DNA from: Octopus sinensis
Lineage: Eukaryota
Direction: 5' to 3'
DNA length: 64,000 nt
Assembly: GCF_006345805.1 (NCBI RefSeq)
Contig: NC_043011.1
Location: forward strand, 11,470,001 to 11,534,000
A program made the position numbers and the translations under genes. This document shows positions 37,795 through 51,290 of the stretch, piece after piece. The notes beneath the pieces are model-generated. The model did not search any database. It was not told where the DNA came from and saw nothing but the letters and a program-made list of their open reading frames with translations. Each line of letters opens with the position of its first letter. Position 1 is the first letter of the stretch.

Positions 37795-39357
37795 ACACTC
37801 TACTATCTGCTATTTCTGAAGGACATGGTCTTTTTATTTTCTAATGTTCTAATTATTATTTTCTAATGTCTTTTTTTGTTATTCCTTAATGGTTATTTTT
37901 GCTTTTCATTTATATTATAACTCTTCTATATTTTTTAAAGCACGTTTTTCACAATACTTTTCATTTCTATTTCATGTTTTAGTTTTATTTATAGAAGTGC
38001 AACAAAGCTTTTTGACACTCAATCTTATTGAGAAATAAGCAAAAAGTGAATGGAACAGTTTTTATGCAATCCTACATGGCTAAAATAGCTCTTCTAACAA
38101 ATGATCGAGCCAGATCAAGTTTCTTCCTCAACAAATACAGTTCACAAATATTTCAATTATTTTTGTCCTATTTTTAATTTTAAAATTATTTTTTGGTAAC
38201 ATACTTTTTTATTTTCCATATTTTCTTTTTTCTTTATTTTCAGTTCTTTTGTTTAGGATACCTTAGACATTTCATCCCCATTTTAAAATTTTCATTTTAA
38301 TTTGGACTAAGCATGCCTACCTGCAGATGTAAGTGCTTCCAGTTGAAAGCACTACATACTGGAAGCTAGCAAATTTATGGGGTCATCAGGAAAAAATTGC
38401 ATGCCATTTCAGGGCCTTCGTCTTGACAGCATCATTGCACACCACCACCCCATTCACTAAAATGAGGCCCTTCTTGCGAGGTCAACTGGTTATTAGGTTT
38501 CATTCAATGTTCTTCTAGTCATGGATATCACTCATGGTGGTATTTGCTTTATGATGAGTTTGGCCTAGTGACAACAATAGTCACCTCACACTGTGTCCAA
38601 CTCAACGACTCCTCTACATCCGACTTCAATTGGAAAATGCTCTGCAGCTTGCATCTTGCATCTTCACTTGCATCTTCCAGCTTGCATCTTCACATTCCTC
38701 AAGGAGATTTTTCATAACTGTCTATCTTCCAAGCCCCAGTGGTGCCCATGTTATCTTCATGAGGAACTGTTAACATGACTAGATTTACCACTTACTTTCA
38801 TTATCATCATAAAATGATATCTGGTTTCTTTGTGACTAGAATGGGGAAAATCCTTGACACTCTGGTAAATCTGCAGTCACCTCCTAATAGCTGTTCCACT
38901 TTTCATTGTTCACTGGAACTTTCTTCTTCTCCAAATGGAGCTGCTGTCCCGAAGGCATGAAGGTAATGAAATTGCTGGTTGGTTTGATCAGTGGGTTTTT
39001 TTTTGCCACTGTTGATGAGAACAATTTGGTTCTTTATAGCATTGAAGATGATCTTAAGGACTCAATTGTGTCTCCATGTATATGTATGCGGTTTGATCAA
39101 TAAGTATCTGGACTGTTGTCATAGTAATGAAGCTAAAGCATGCAGAGTGAAGCCGCTTGGTACAGATTGATCAGAGCTTGTATTTAATGCCAGTGAACAG
39201 TTGGAAAGAATATGTTTCAGTGTTCCAACTTTTTCACATCTGCATCTATCATTTTCTGATATGTTCCATCTTACTAGATTATTAGTTACCTACCAAGATG
39301 TTTAAAGTTGATGGTTGGAAGAGCGTCCAACTATAAAAGCAGTTATACCATCTTACC

Positions 39358-39590
39358 CATCATCATCATCATCATCATCATCATTTAACGTCCGTTTTCC
39401 ATGCTAGCATGGGTTGGACGATTTTGACTGAGGGTTGGCAACCAGATGGCTGCACCAGGCTCCAATCTTGATCTGGCAGAGTTTCTACAGCTGGATGCTC
39501 TTCCTAACGCCAACCACTCCGAGAGTGTAGTGGATGCTTTTTACGTGCCACCTGCACAGGGGCCAGTGAAGCGATGTTGGTAACGATCAC
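39358..39590 (-). mobile_element. RTE 3' end with (CAT)n tail and one satellite-like unit
   Basis: Reverse complement of the tail seen at 24720-24880; GCTTTTTACGTGCCACCTGCAC at ~39536. Confidence 0.82.
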
Positions 39591-40074
39591 CCATATTTAC
39601 TTAAAACTTCGTTTAAGACTATTTTCTGTAGGACATTTTCATGTTTTTTTTTTATCAGTTTTGTCTTTTTATTTATTTTATGCAACAATTCTGAGATTAA
39701 GGTGTTGAGATTAATATTAGCATTAATTTGTGCAACTGACAGCAGGTGCTGCTCATACAGTATAGTTCAGTGATTAACTTTAGAAAAGATTGTTCAGCCT
39801 TTGCTACAAGCCATTGTTTTCTTCCCGCTGATACAAGTTCCATAACTATTCCTGTTACAGGATCACTGACTAATAATAGGTCCCATAGGCTGGGGAGCTG
39901 TCCAGACTTCAAATTGTTTGTTGTGGGATGGTTTCTATAGCTGGACACCTTTCCTAACACCAACTACTTTACAGAATGTACTGGGTACTTGCCATTTGCC
40001 ACTGGCATGATGGTATGAATTCATTTTATGTGACATCAGCGCCTATAAAGGATAAGCTTGTATATACGGATGAC

Positions 40075-40565
40075 AACAATTTTTCTTGGTTTGGTACAAT
40101 AAATCACCACAACCCCTGGTCCCTTGTCATTTCCTCAGTGAGGCCCCGCATCTGAAGATCCTTTCTCACCACTTTGTCCCATATCCTCCTGGGTCTACCC
40201 CTTCTACAGGTTCCCACCACAGTTAGAGCTCAACAATTTTTCTTGGTTTGGTACAATAAATCACCACAACCCCTGGTACCTTGTCATTTCCTCAGTGAGG
40301 CCCCGCATCTGAAGATCCTTTCTCGCCACTTTGTCCCATATCCTCCTGGGTCTACCCCTTCTACAGGTTCCCACCACAGTTAGAGATCAGCACTTCTTCA
40401 CACAGCTGTCCTCATCCATACACATCCCATGACCAACCCAACACAGTCTTCTCTCTTGCACGCATCATCTGATGCCTCTTATAATTTTCTTCTGAAATCA
40501 TTCGCACTCTGCTGTGTGTGCATTACCCATCCATTGGATATTGCTAGCTTTATTTCTTTTCAAGC
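40075..40565 (-). mobile_element. RTE LINE ORF C-terminal fragment containing a ~157-bp direct duplication
   Basis: R.RL.W.GH....D...VK......G..RRGRP..WD pattern; 40075-40230 is repeated at ~40232-40385. Confidence 0.7.
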
Positions 40566-40769
40566 CTTTGCATGTCAAAGCCAATGTCTCACTGTCATGT
40601 AACGTAGATGTATACTCTTTACTCTTTTACTTGTTTCAGTCATTTGACTGCGGCCATGCTGAAGCACCGCCTTTAGTCAAGCAACTCGACCCCAGGACTT
40701 ATCCCTTTGTAAGCCCAGTACTTATTCTATCGGTCTCTTTCGGACTTACTTTGCCTTTGGTTTTTGTTA

Positions 40770-41315
40770 AGCTAACTCTAAGGCCCCTTAGATTCCATAC
40801 CTGAAATTTCTTCTTTCGGTCAAGTAGTGACAAAGTCATCAGAATAGAAGAGCTCCTAGGAGCAGCAAGTCCTGAATCTCTCTGTTAAGGCCTGGAGTAC
40901 TATAATAAACAAGAGGGGGTGCTGAGAACTGATCCTTGGTGAACTCCTATGTGTACATTGAATTCATTGCTATACTTGATGCCAACCTTCACCTTACTGG
41001 CAAACATCCCTGTACATGGCTTGTAGAGCTCTCACTAACCACTCGTCTATCCTTAGCTTCCACATTGACCACCAGATAAGGGAGCAGGGAGCCCTGTCAA
41101 AGGCTTTCTCCAAGTCAATAAAAACCAAGTACAGAGGTTTATTTTTGGCTAAATACTTCTCCTGCAGCTTTCTTACCAGGAATAAAGCATCAGTCGTGCT
41201 TCTCCCAGGCACAAAACTGCATCTCATCTAGGCTAACCATCTTGCTAATTAGTTGAGCTGTAATCCTCTCTGTAGCTTTCATTACCTGGTCCTACAGTTT
41301 GATACCTCTGTAATC
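40770..41315 (-). mobile_element. RTE-clade LINE reverse transcriptase fragment
   Basis: FVPGRSTTDA.F.VR.LQEK....F.DLEKAFDR, GVHQGSVLS.LLF, LLYSDD. Confidence 0.9.
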
Positions 41316-41357
41316 ATACATTCTTTTATTTCTCTTTTTATTTGTTTTTAGTTTGTG

Positions 41358-41903
41358 TACCATATTTTCCAGGTTATAAGCCGCTGTTTTTTACCTGGGA
41401 AATGAAGTGTACGGCTTATAGAAAGGCGCATCTAATGTGTGTATTTTTTATAAGTTTCAAGAGGAAAATAATTTGTGTATGGAGGTCAAATGATTCCACT
41501 GATTTTTTTCAGAGGAAAAGTTGGTCAGTGAACAATGTGAAAAGCTTCTACTTCAGTACATTGGTGCCCGGAAGAAAACAAAGCATTTTTGTTTTGTTTT
41601 ACCTTCATGTTTTGATAAGGTTATTTTTAATCTAATAAAGACTTTGATATTGACAAAATGTTATTTGTTGTTGATTATAGTAAGATAAAATCATAACAAT
41701 AACAATACAACTCATAGTTGTAAAATAAGGCATTTTGAAACTACATTACACGTCAACAACAGAAAAAGCTAGCTGCAGACCCATAGCTCTATAGGTCTTT
41801 TAAACAGCTGTGTGCTTCATGTGTGGATAAAACCAAAATTTTCCCCCAAATTCAGCCCTGCAGCTTAAATACCGATGCATTTTATAGACTAGAAAATACG
41901 GTA
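41358..41903. mobile_element. pogo/Tigger-like MITE
   Basis: Imperfect TIRs TACC(A/G)TATTTTC..G..TATAA ... TTATAGACTAGAAAATACGGTA with TA ends. Confidence 0.68.
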
Positions 41904-42517
41904 GTATGACAAAGTTTATTCCAAATAAACAGCAGTCTGTATATAATCACAGGATTATGGGTTACCATTGGTTGGACTTTGCATCCAACCAAAAACTCTA
42001 CTCAGAAACCTGGATGTGTCTGGTTACTCATATGATTCGGGTGTACCAGCTCTGACTGTTGCTTGATTTTCCAAGCTAGACCCGGCTTACCGTATTCTCT
42101 TCACTGAGGACCCAGCTGGGTTGATGGTTCATGTTGGTTTACCACATGCCACATGACCACATGAGAAATTATCCCATGAAAATGGATAGGGGACTGACTA
42201 GAACTCTGCTCTATAGATTGCCTGAGAGGACCAAGGAATATACCAACAAATGGTGAACACAGCAACACACTGCAACTGTGCATATCCCCACATCTGACCT
42301 ATATACTGGATAGTTTTTTTTTTCTCTGACACACAAACATCCATTTATTGTTGCCCAATGTCAGGCTTTATACACCACTTTATTCTCGCACAGAAGTCAT
42401 TTTATTTGTCTTTAGGACATAAATCTCCCATCCTCAATTATTAATCCATCTCTGTTGTGCAGACTAGCTACTGTACTCCAGTTTCTTTCAAAAAAGTAGT
42501 GATTGCACTTACATTTA

Positions 42518-42921
42518 GGCGCAGGAGTGGCTGTGTGGTAAGTAGCTTGCTAACCAACCACATGGTTCCGGGTTCAGTCCCACTGCATGACACCTTGGGC
42601 AAGTGTCTTCTACTATAGCCTCGGGCCGACCAAAGCCTTGTGAGTGGATTTGGTAGACAGAAACTGAAAGAAGCTCATCGTATATATGTATGTATATATG
42701 TGTGCGTGTATGTTTGTGTGTCTGTGTTTGTCCCCCTAGCATTGCTTGACAACCAATGCTGGTGTGTTTACGTCCCCGTCACTTAGCGGTTCGGCAAAAG
42801 AGACCGATAGAATAAGTACTGGGATTACAAAGAATAAGTCCCGGGGTCGAGTTGCTTGATTAAATGTGGTGCTGCAGCATGGCCGCAGTCAAATGACTGA
42901 AACAAGTAAAAGAGTAAGAGT
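42518..42921 (+). mobile_element. SINE family A
   Basis: Full copy. Confidence 0.88.
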
Positions 42922-43122
42922 ATTTAACTCACTTTTCCTATCACTCATCTCTCTTATCTAGACATAACCAATAACAACTACATTTTGCTCTGGTTGAAAA
43001 TAGTTCAACTATTGTCTGTGTCATTTCTAGATTTCTTTTAATCATCATCAACCGTTGAAATAACAAAGTGGCTGAAACCTAATTTCTGGTATATTCTTCC
43101 ATATCTCTCATCCATTGATGTT

Positions 43123-43430
43123 TTTTGTTGTTTGTTCCTTCTCGAGCAATGCCTGGCTCATAAGGGCCGGTTTCCCGGTTTCTTGGTGTATAGGTTCCCC
43201 ACCTGGACGGAACGCCGGTCGATCGCAGGTGAGCTGCAAGATGCAAGAGGAAAGAGTTAGAGAAAGTTGTGGTGAAAGAGTCAGGAGAAGTTTGCCATTA
43301 CCTTCAGCCGGATCCACGTGGAGCTTAGGTGTTTCGCTCATAAACACACACATCTTCCGGTCTGAGATTCGAACCCGCAATCCATCGACCGCGAGTCCGC
43401 TGCTCTAACCACTAGGCCATGTGCCTCCAC
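43123..43430 (-). mobile_element. SINE family B with 11-bp TSD
   Basis: CCATTGATGTT on both sides. Confidence 0.92.
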
Positions 43431-44170
43431 CCATTGATGTTATCACATTTCATACCAAACATAACAACAACCCTGTTCCATTGTCAGCACAAAAATGCCA
43501 TGTATAACACACATCAAGGAATATTATAAAAAATGCATAATTAAACCTTCACGAATTTTGCAAATGCTAGGCTTCTCAGTGTTTTTAAGAAGTCTAGCCA
43601 AAACATGACATAATCAAGACTACATCTCAAAAGCTAAGCCTTCTTATCAGAGTGAGAAACTACTTCAAATCTGAGAAGCTGCCAAACCCTATACAAAACT
43701 TGTATACACATTGAAGTAAAACTTAGAGCATCTGACAAAAGATCATCGACTTGATTGGCAAATTATCACTCATTATAACCACTTGCAATTCAACCAGTTA
43801 TTTTTTCTTTCTGTTACAATAATGGTTCTTCTTCTGATCTGGTAAAATATCAGTTCATCCAGTTCATCTACCTTTTCTTTTGTCTAGTAGGGAACTAAAC
43901 CTCGGTCCATATTCTTTAATTAACACTTCATCTAAATTTTTATGCTCAGAACTGCAATATTCTGCAACTGCCTTCTTATCCACTTTTTTTTTTAACAAAT
44001 TGACCTTGCTAGTCTTGAGAAGTCTGCAAAAACAATGCAACTTTTTTCTAAAGTATTTTCTCAGAAAATTGTCAAAAAATTAAAAACTAATCTGTCATTA
44101 AAAAATTATATGCATAAGTGAAAATTTTCTTTTTTCTATTTTGTTTAATGTGTGATTAATCCTTCCACAG

Positions 44171-44397
44171 CTATTATGGTCTGTCAATGTGGTTCCCAAG
44201 TATGTTCGACAAAATAGAGAAATATGGAGGTTCAATATGCAGCCCTGGAAAACCTACAAATACTACGTTTAATCTGACTTGTCAGGAACCTGACAAGGAC
44301 ATTTACTTTGATGGTTTCTTGACTTCTGTTTCCAATTTACCTGGCAACATACTCAGTATGCTGCTTGTAGATAGAATTGGTCGTAAAATCCTCTTAG
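44171..44397 (+). CDS. SV2-like exon (YYGLSMWFP...NLPGNILSMLLVDRIGRKILL)
   Basis: cacag acceptor, gtaag donor; YYGL..WFP and LPGN...DRIGR MFS motif; phase 2 to phase 1. Confidence 0.95.
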
Positions 44398-44630
44398 GTA
44401 AGATTGAATATTATCAACAATAGGGTTGAAGGGAGCTATCTTGGGTGAGCATTTTGCATACTAAATATATATGTGGTATAGTCTTACATGTGTAATATAG
44501 TAAGTTGAAAATCATTAATTCACTGAGATTATTCTTGCAGTCAAAGCACAAAATGCTTAAAAATAACTCAAATCTGTCAATCCAAATTCTTGGAAAATAA
44601 GGACAAAGCAGTTAGGGGTGGATCTTGTGT

Positions 44631-44826
44631 TTAACCCTGCCGTTACCAACCTGGCTGAAACCGGCTCTGGCTCTGAGTACAAATGTTTTGTTTTCATAAG
44701 TTTTGAATTAAAATTTTCCACCAAACCTTAGTCACACTTTATGTTCCTAACACTAGTTATTTTACTTTAAAGTAATTGAAAGACACACAGAGCATCTCAA
44801 AATAAATACAGTAACGAAAGGGTTAA
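44631..44826. mobile_element. Second piggyBac-type MITE family
   Basis: TTAACCCT..CGTTAC ... GTAACG..AGGGTTAA; related to the outer element at 49621-50464. Confidence 0.72.
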
Positions 44827-44960
44827 AGCTAATAAGTGCAGGCAACAGACATCTTTTGATCTTGTTAGATCTCATGAGCAAAGCATATTCAGTGCAATAA
44901 GTTAAACTTAATCACATATATGTAAGTTGCATGTGCATAATACACATATATATACACATA

Positions 44961-45361
44961 GGCACAAGAGTGGCTGTGTGGTAAGTAGCTTGTTTACCAA
45001 CCACATGGTTCCGGGTTCAGTCCCACTGCATGGCACCTTGGGCAAGTGTCTTCTACTATAGCCTTGGGCCGACCAAAGCCTTGTGAGTGGATTTGGTAGA
45101 CGGAAACTGAAAGAAGCCTGTCATATATATGTAAATATATATATATGCATGTGTGTGTCTGTGTTTGTCCCCCTAGCATTGCTTGACAACCGATGCTGGT
45201 GTGTTTATGTCACCGTTACTTAGCGGTTCAGCAAAAGAGACCGATAGAATAAGTACTGGGCTTACAAAAGAGTAAGTCCTGGGGTCGAGTTGCTCGACTA
45301 AAGGCGGTGCTCCAGCATGGCCGCAGTCAAATGACTGAAACAAGTAAAAAAGTAAAAGAGT
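44961..45361 (+). mobile_element. SINE family A
   Basis: Full copy. Confidence 0.88.
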
Positions 45362-45978
45362 ATATGTGTATTATAGTACATTTGCTCTTATTTTGTTGTT
45401 TGTTGAATTTCAAGTTTGATGTATGTTTATATTTATGGCTTTAATGAATCAAGTATTGTGTGACATCATGAAGTCAGACATATTTATTACTCTTGTTGTT
45501 GTAATTTCATAATTGATTATCTATTGGCAACAAATTTATGGTACAGAAATGTTTGACCGAATCTGCCTGTTGGAAATATTTATAACTTTCTTTTACTGTG
45601 TTCTAAAGTAAGAACATTGTACACAATTTATGAGTGTTTTCTTGGAGCAGAAAAATTTGAGAGGAATATGTAAATTAGTATCATTAATACAAAATGTGAA
45701 GCAATACGGGACTGTAAGTGAAGTAGAGGAAAAGTAGTCTTACCAGATTATGATCATTGGGTAGAATTGAATAATTACATTATAATATTTGATGTGAGGC
45801 TAAAGTAACACAAAACAAGAGGCCTTGATTGAATGTATTGTAATTTGAAAGTGGGATACAGTAAGCAAAAGTCTAATGGGTACATCTATCAATGACACCA
45901 CATCATCTTATGTTTATATTTTCATGTTTCATCCCTCGCACTGTGTTACTTCAAAAACACTTTCATTTCTCTCTGCAG

Positions 45979-46138
45979 TTGTTAGCATGGTGATCTCTGG
46001 ATTAAGTGTCTTCTTCATCTGGTTTGTCAAAACAAAAGTACAAAGTTTGGCATTGTCATGCCTATTTGGTGGCATTTCCGTTATTGGATGGAACTCTCTC
46101 GACACTATATCAAGTGAAATATTTCCAACACAACTAAG
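45979..46138 (+). CDS. SV2-like exon (VVSMVISGLSVFF...GWNSLDTISSEIFPTQLR)
   Basis: ctgcag acceptor, gtgagt donor; WN.LD...E.FPT..R motif typical of SV2/MFS; phase 1 to phase 2. Confidence 0.95.
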
Positions 46139-46851
46139 GTGAGTATCATAATCCTCATCAGCAGCGCCACCATTGCCACCACCACCTCATCATCATCATC
46201 ATCATCACCACCACCACCACCACATCATCATCATCTAATGTTCATTGTCCATGCTGGCTTGGATTGGATGGTTTGATAGGATCCAATGCATCCGAGGACC
46301 ACATTGTGATCCAATGTTTGCTTTTGCATTGACTATGGTTGTTTGCCCTTCCTGACACTAATCACTTTACAATGGGGCCAGCATTGGTGATGTTTCCAAG
46401 TCTAACATCCCTTTGATTGAATGAAGCTACAGTGGAGAGCGAGGAGGCTTTATGCCAGGAGATGAGAAATTAAAATATGAAAGAAGGGGCCAGAACAGGA
46501 AAGGTTTCTTGCTGTAGGAGAGATACATGGCTACTCACATTATAGAAAAGTGGATAGGAGAAACTGGGATGGATCCAGAAAAAGAGAGAAAGTAATTGTG
46601 ACAGAGTGTTGGAATGGATTCTCAAACTACAAGAAGGTGAATAAAAGTGAGTGGGTACAGAATAAGAAGTGTGAGTGGGTAGAGGTTACAAGAAGAGAGT
46701 AAAGGATGGTAAGAGAAGGAGTAATAGGTGAGGAGGTAAATATACTGAAGGAAAAAGGTTGAAGGATGGTCAATAATGAACGTGTTGGAGGGAAGGCAGA
46801 ATGTAGTGAATGATGGACAAGAGTGGAAGAGTGATTAATGATATATGAGCT

Positions 46852-47270
46852 GGAAGGCGGCAAGCTGGCAGAAACGTTAGCACGCTGGACGAAATGCGTA
46901 GCTGTATTTCGTCTGCCGTTATGTTCTGAGTTCAAATTCCGCCGAGGTCGACTTTGCCTTTCATCCTTTCGGGGTCGATTAAATAAGTACCAGTTACGCA
47001 CTGGGGTCAATATAATCGACTTAATCTGTTTGTCTGTCCTTGTTTGTCCCCTCTGTGTTTAGCCCCTTGTGGGTAGTAAAGAAATAGGTATTTCGTCTGC
47101 CGCTACGTTCTGAGTTCAAATTCTGCCGAGGTCGACTTTGCCTTTCATCCTTTCGGGGTCGATTAAATAAGTACCAGTTACGAACTGGGGTTGATATAAT
47201 CGACTTAATCCATTTGTCTGTCCTTGTTCGTCCCGTCTGTGTTTAGCCCCTTGTAAGTAATAAAGAAACA
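46852..47270 (+). mobile_element. SINE family C, tandem dimer, 12-bp TSD
   Basis: GGCGG..AGCTGGCAGAAACGTTAGCACG head, GTTCAAATTCC B-box, second partial unit from ~47087; GATATATGAGCT flanks. Confidence 0.88.
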
Positions 47271-47766
47271 GATATATGAGCTCAAAGAGGGGGGTAAGGG
47301 AGAGCAGGGGAAGACTTACAGGATGAAAGGGATGAAGAGCACAGGGTAGTAATGATAATAGGGGGGAATTTGAGAGAAAGTGAGATGACATGAAGGTGGG
47401 TATGTTGCATGAATATAGGTAGAAGCAGGTGTAGTGTATAGGGAGAGTCAGAAATATATGGTTGTGGAAAAGGAGAGATAATTTGATAGCAGAGAAGGGT
47501 GCTTTGAGGGGAGGACATTAAGTGCATTGGTTGTGAGTTGAGAGAAAGATAACTGGTATTACAGAAAGAAAAATGATGAAATACGAAGTTCTGCTCTCAT
47601 TTAATCACAGCAGCAGAATCCTGCAACTAGGGTAGAGGCTGGAGGAAACAGTGACAGTTTAAAAAGCTTTAAATATTTCAAATGATCTTGAGATTTTTTA
47701 AACGTGGCAACTTATCCATACCTTTTCAATTTTCACTCTCTCTGTGCCTCTGTCTTTTTACCCCCA

Positions 47767-47805
<39 letters not shown>

Positions 47806-47906
47806 CCATAAACATGTTTTAGCCCGAGAGAAGCTTAATTTCTCAAGATTGGTACTCAGGTAGAGTGTTATATATCCCAGTGTCCCAATAATTATATATA
47901 TATATA

Positions 47907-49195
47907 CGAGGGGCGTTCAATAAGTAATGCCCCTGACCCACTTCCCATAGAAGTAGAGCAACGAAACTTGGCACAGTTATTAGTCTTTTTCTGCATAGAA
48001 AATACCCAGAGTTATGCATTTCTCCCATCGTCTGATGCAGCTCTCGAGACCATTTTAGTTCAAGACCCCAGCTAGGTCCTCCAACGACGACGTGACTTCA
48101 GAAATCAAGGCTGCATCATCTGGAAAACGCTTTCCTTTCAAAAACAACTTCATGACTGGGAAGAGGTGAAAATCAAGGGGTGCAAGGTCAGGAGTGCAAG
48201 GATGGGGGAAGAGTTCATAGCCGAACGCCTGCGCTTCTTATCTGGCAACATGCGAGTTGTGAACCGGTGCGTTGTCCTGCAGGAGGGGGATGCCTTTGCT
48301 GATCTTGCCCCGCCTCTTGATTTTGATAGCTCCTCTTAATTTCCTCAAAAGTGAAGCTTAATAGGCTCCTGTAATTGTGGTACCCTTTGCCAGGAAATCT
48401 GTCATCACTACTCCGTCCTGGTCCCAGAAGACTGTGAGCATGACCTTGTCAGCGGAGGGCTGCACCCTTGCCTACTTTGGAGGAGGTGAATCACGGTTCT
48501 TCCACTGCATTGACTGGGATTTGGTCTCTGGATCATCGTGATGGACCCAGGTTTCCTCCTGTGTAATCAGTCTTTTGAAAAATTTTGACTCATCTTCTTG
48601 GCACATCTCCAAATTCATCCTCGAGCACTCGACGCGTTCTTGCTTCTGGAAAGGTGTGAGCAACCTGGGAATCCATCTGGCAGACACCTTTTGCATATGC
48701 AAATGGTCACGAATGATAGTTTCCACAGATCCGGTACTAATCTTGACCTCATGGGCTATTTAGCGAATAGTTATGCATCGATCTTCCAAAATAGCAGCCT
48801 CAACTTGACGGACAGATGCCTCATCAATGGCAGAAGGGGGGTGACCAGATCTGGGAGCTGTTTCCACAAGTTCCGACCATATTTGAATTCACGATGCCAG
48901 CGTTTTACAAGGTCATATGATGGGGCGTCATCACCATAAGTTACTTTCATTTCAACAAAAGTCTCCCGTAGTGTGCGTTCTTTCAAATACAAAAACCGGA
49001 TCACTGCTCGACACTCAACAAGCTCCATTTCACACTTGACTCAGTTCAAACACCTGTAAATCAGAAACCACAATTAGTTCAGAGCTGTAATTTGTCACTT
49101 AATCTATAGAGATATACATAATTGCACATGCAAAATTTCAGCTAGATCAAACAAGTGCGAGAGGGTCAGGAGCATTACTTATTGAACGCCCCTCG
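47907..49195 (-). mobile_element. Full-length (~1.29 kb) defective mariner transposon
   Basis: ~33-bp TIRs CGAGGGGCGTTCAATAAGTAATGC(C/T)CCTGACCC with TA flanks; transposase remnants on the minus strand. Confidence 0.95.
47980..49028 (-). pseudogene. Mariner transposase pseudogene
   Basis: N-terminal HTH (RAVIRFLY...VKRWHREF), KVSARWIPRLLT, ITQEETW (first catalytic Asp lost), LLQDNAPVH, HPCTPDLAPLDFHLF; frameshift and stops. Confidence 0.93.
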
Positions 49196-49620
49196 TATAT
49201 AATTATTATTTGAGGGAATAAAACTTACAAGGAAAAAAATTCAATTTAGAAATACTAAATCCAATTTTCACACAATATTATATATATATATAAAAAATTA
49301 GAACAAAACCACCTTTTATCAATTCAAAATGAACAATTAAATTACACCATCTAAAAAAATTACATATAATAGAAAATTAAAATTAAAATAACAATAAAAT
49401 GTCAAAGATTAAGTAAATTGCAAAACTTAATCTTTGACATTTTATTGTTATTTTAATTTTAAAACCTGCCCTCATTCTATTGATAGCGGCTATAGGTATT
49501 TGAAACTTCAGTTACTTATATACCACTTTTCGATTCTATGAGTGACATGGATGTATCCAGACTAGTGGCTATCATGGATCCTAAATATGAATAACAGCTG
49601 CTTCACAAAACAACATTTTT

Positions 49621-50464
49621 TTAACTCTTTCAATACCAACCTGCCTGAGATTACTCTTGGTTCTGTGATGCAAACTAAAATGTGCCAACTTAAAATATTC
49701 ATCAAAATTCCATGTTCATTTATGTTCCAAACACCAGCTTAACCCTTTAGTGTTTAAACCGGCCATATCTGGCCAGATGTGGAGGCGCAATGGCCCAGTG
49801 GTTAGGGCAGCGGACTCGCAGTCATAGGATCACGGTTTCGATTCCCAGACCAGGCGTTGTGAGTGTTTATTGAGCGAAAACACCTAAAAGCTCCACGAGG
49901 CTCCGGCAGGGGATGGTGGTGATCCCTGCTGTACTCTCACCACAACTTTCTCTCACTCTTACTTCCTGTTTCTGTTGTACCTGTATTTCAAGGGGCCGGC
50001 CTTGTCACTCTCTGTGTCACGCTGAATATCCCCGAGAACTACGTTAAGGGTGCACGTGTCTGTGGAGTGCTCAGCCACTTACACGTTAATTTCACGAGCA
50101 GGCTGTTCCGTTGATTCGGATCAACCGGAACCCTCATCGTCGTAACCGACGGAGTGCTTCCATCCATCTGGCCAGAATATTGTCCTTGTTTTATGTTCGA
50201 ACTTATGAGATTCAGCCTCTCACACTTATCCTACAATGTCATTGTAAAGATAAATAATCACATCATCAAAATTTTGAAGTTATGAGACAAGGCACAATTA
50301 ATTCAAAACAATGTGAATAAATAAGTATTACATTTGACAACGTAATCTAAACACTAAAGGGTTAAATAATGACAAAATTATTTTATGAAATTTTTCAGTG
50401 TTTTCAAAATTAATTAAAATGAAGGAGGTGTATTTCAATAGAAATATGATAACCAAAGGGTTAA
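49621..50464. mobile_element. Nested stack: outer TTAA MITE > inner TTAA MITE (49739-50365) > SINE D
   Basis: Matching termini or TSDs at each level. Confidence 0.78.
49779..50165 (+). mobile_element. tRNA-derived SINE, family D (head related to family B), 11-bp TSD; diverged relative at ~25040-25365
   Basis: TGGCCCAGTGG A-box, GGTTTCGATTCC B-box-like; ATCTGGCCAGA flanks. Confidence 0.85.
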
Positions 50465-50644
50465 AATCATTCAAATGTAGTGAACATTTTTCTGAGGTAT
50501 TAATTGTAGAATAGCACCTGATGATGGAGGCCTACAGTTTACATTGGAACTAGTTTCTCAGCTGCAGAGGAGAAATGAGTGAACTGGAACATAGATTTTT
50601 GTACAGAGTCCAATCTCTCTTCAGGATCACCAGCTGAGTGTTTA

Positions 50645-50944
50645 CTTACTTTTTACTTGTTTCAGTCATGTGACTGTGGCCATGCTGGAGCACTGACTTT
50701 AGTCGAGCAAATCGACCCCAGGACTTATTCTTTGTAAGCCTAGTACTTATTCTATTGGTCTCTTTTGCCAAACCGCTAAGTTACAGTGACAGGCTTCTTT
50801 CAGTTTCTGTCTACCAAATCCACTCACAAGGCTTTGGTCGGCCCGAGGCTATAGTAGAAGACACTTGCCCGAGGTGCCATGCAGTGGGACTGAACCCAGA
50901 ACCATGTGGTTGGTAAGCAAGCTACTTACCACACAGCCACTCCT
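50645..50944 (-). mobile_element. SINE family A with the central microsatellite region deleted
   Basis: Tail and head halves are joined directly at ~50788. Confidence 0.85.
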
Positions 50945-51290
50945 ACACTCAAAAGCAGTATGATAAGGTTGATGCAGTTTTTATTTTTATTCACTAATCG
51001 ACCAAGTCAGTAACAAACATGCCAATATAAAGAAATGCCTGACACTAGGATTGTCTCTATATTTTGAGTTAGAATCCTGACAGAATAACTTTTACCTTCC
51101 ATCTGCCTCGAATTGATTGTTACCATCCAGATTCTAGGCTCCTTTTGAGTGACTCTACCCTCACCTTTTAAACATTTGTAACTTTTGCTAGTAAAAATCA
51201 TTACATTTATTATTGTTTCATTATTTATTTCACATAAATGCATCAGAATTTGTATGGCTTTTTGTTTGACTTAGCATAATTAACTGTACT

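Noticed and set aside
43840-44030. Minus-strand acceptor followed by ~50 open codons (LLKTSKVNLL...KRKGR*)
   Set aside because: No recognisable homology or partner exons; may be a decayed transposon.
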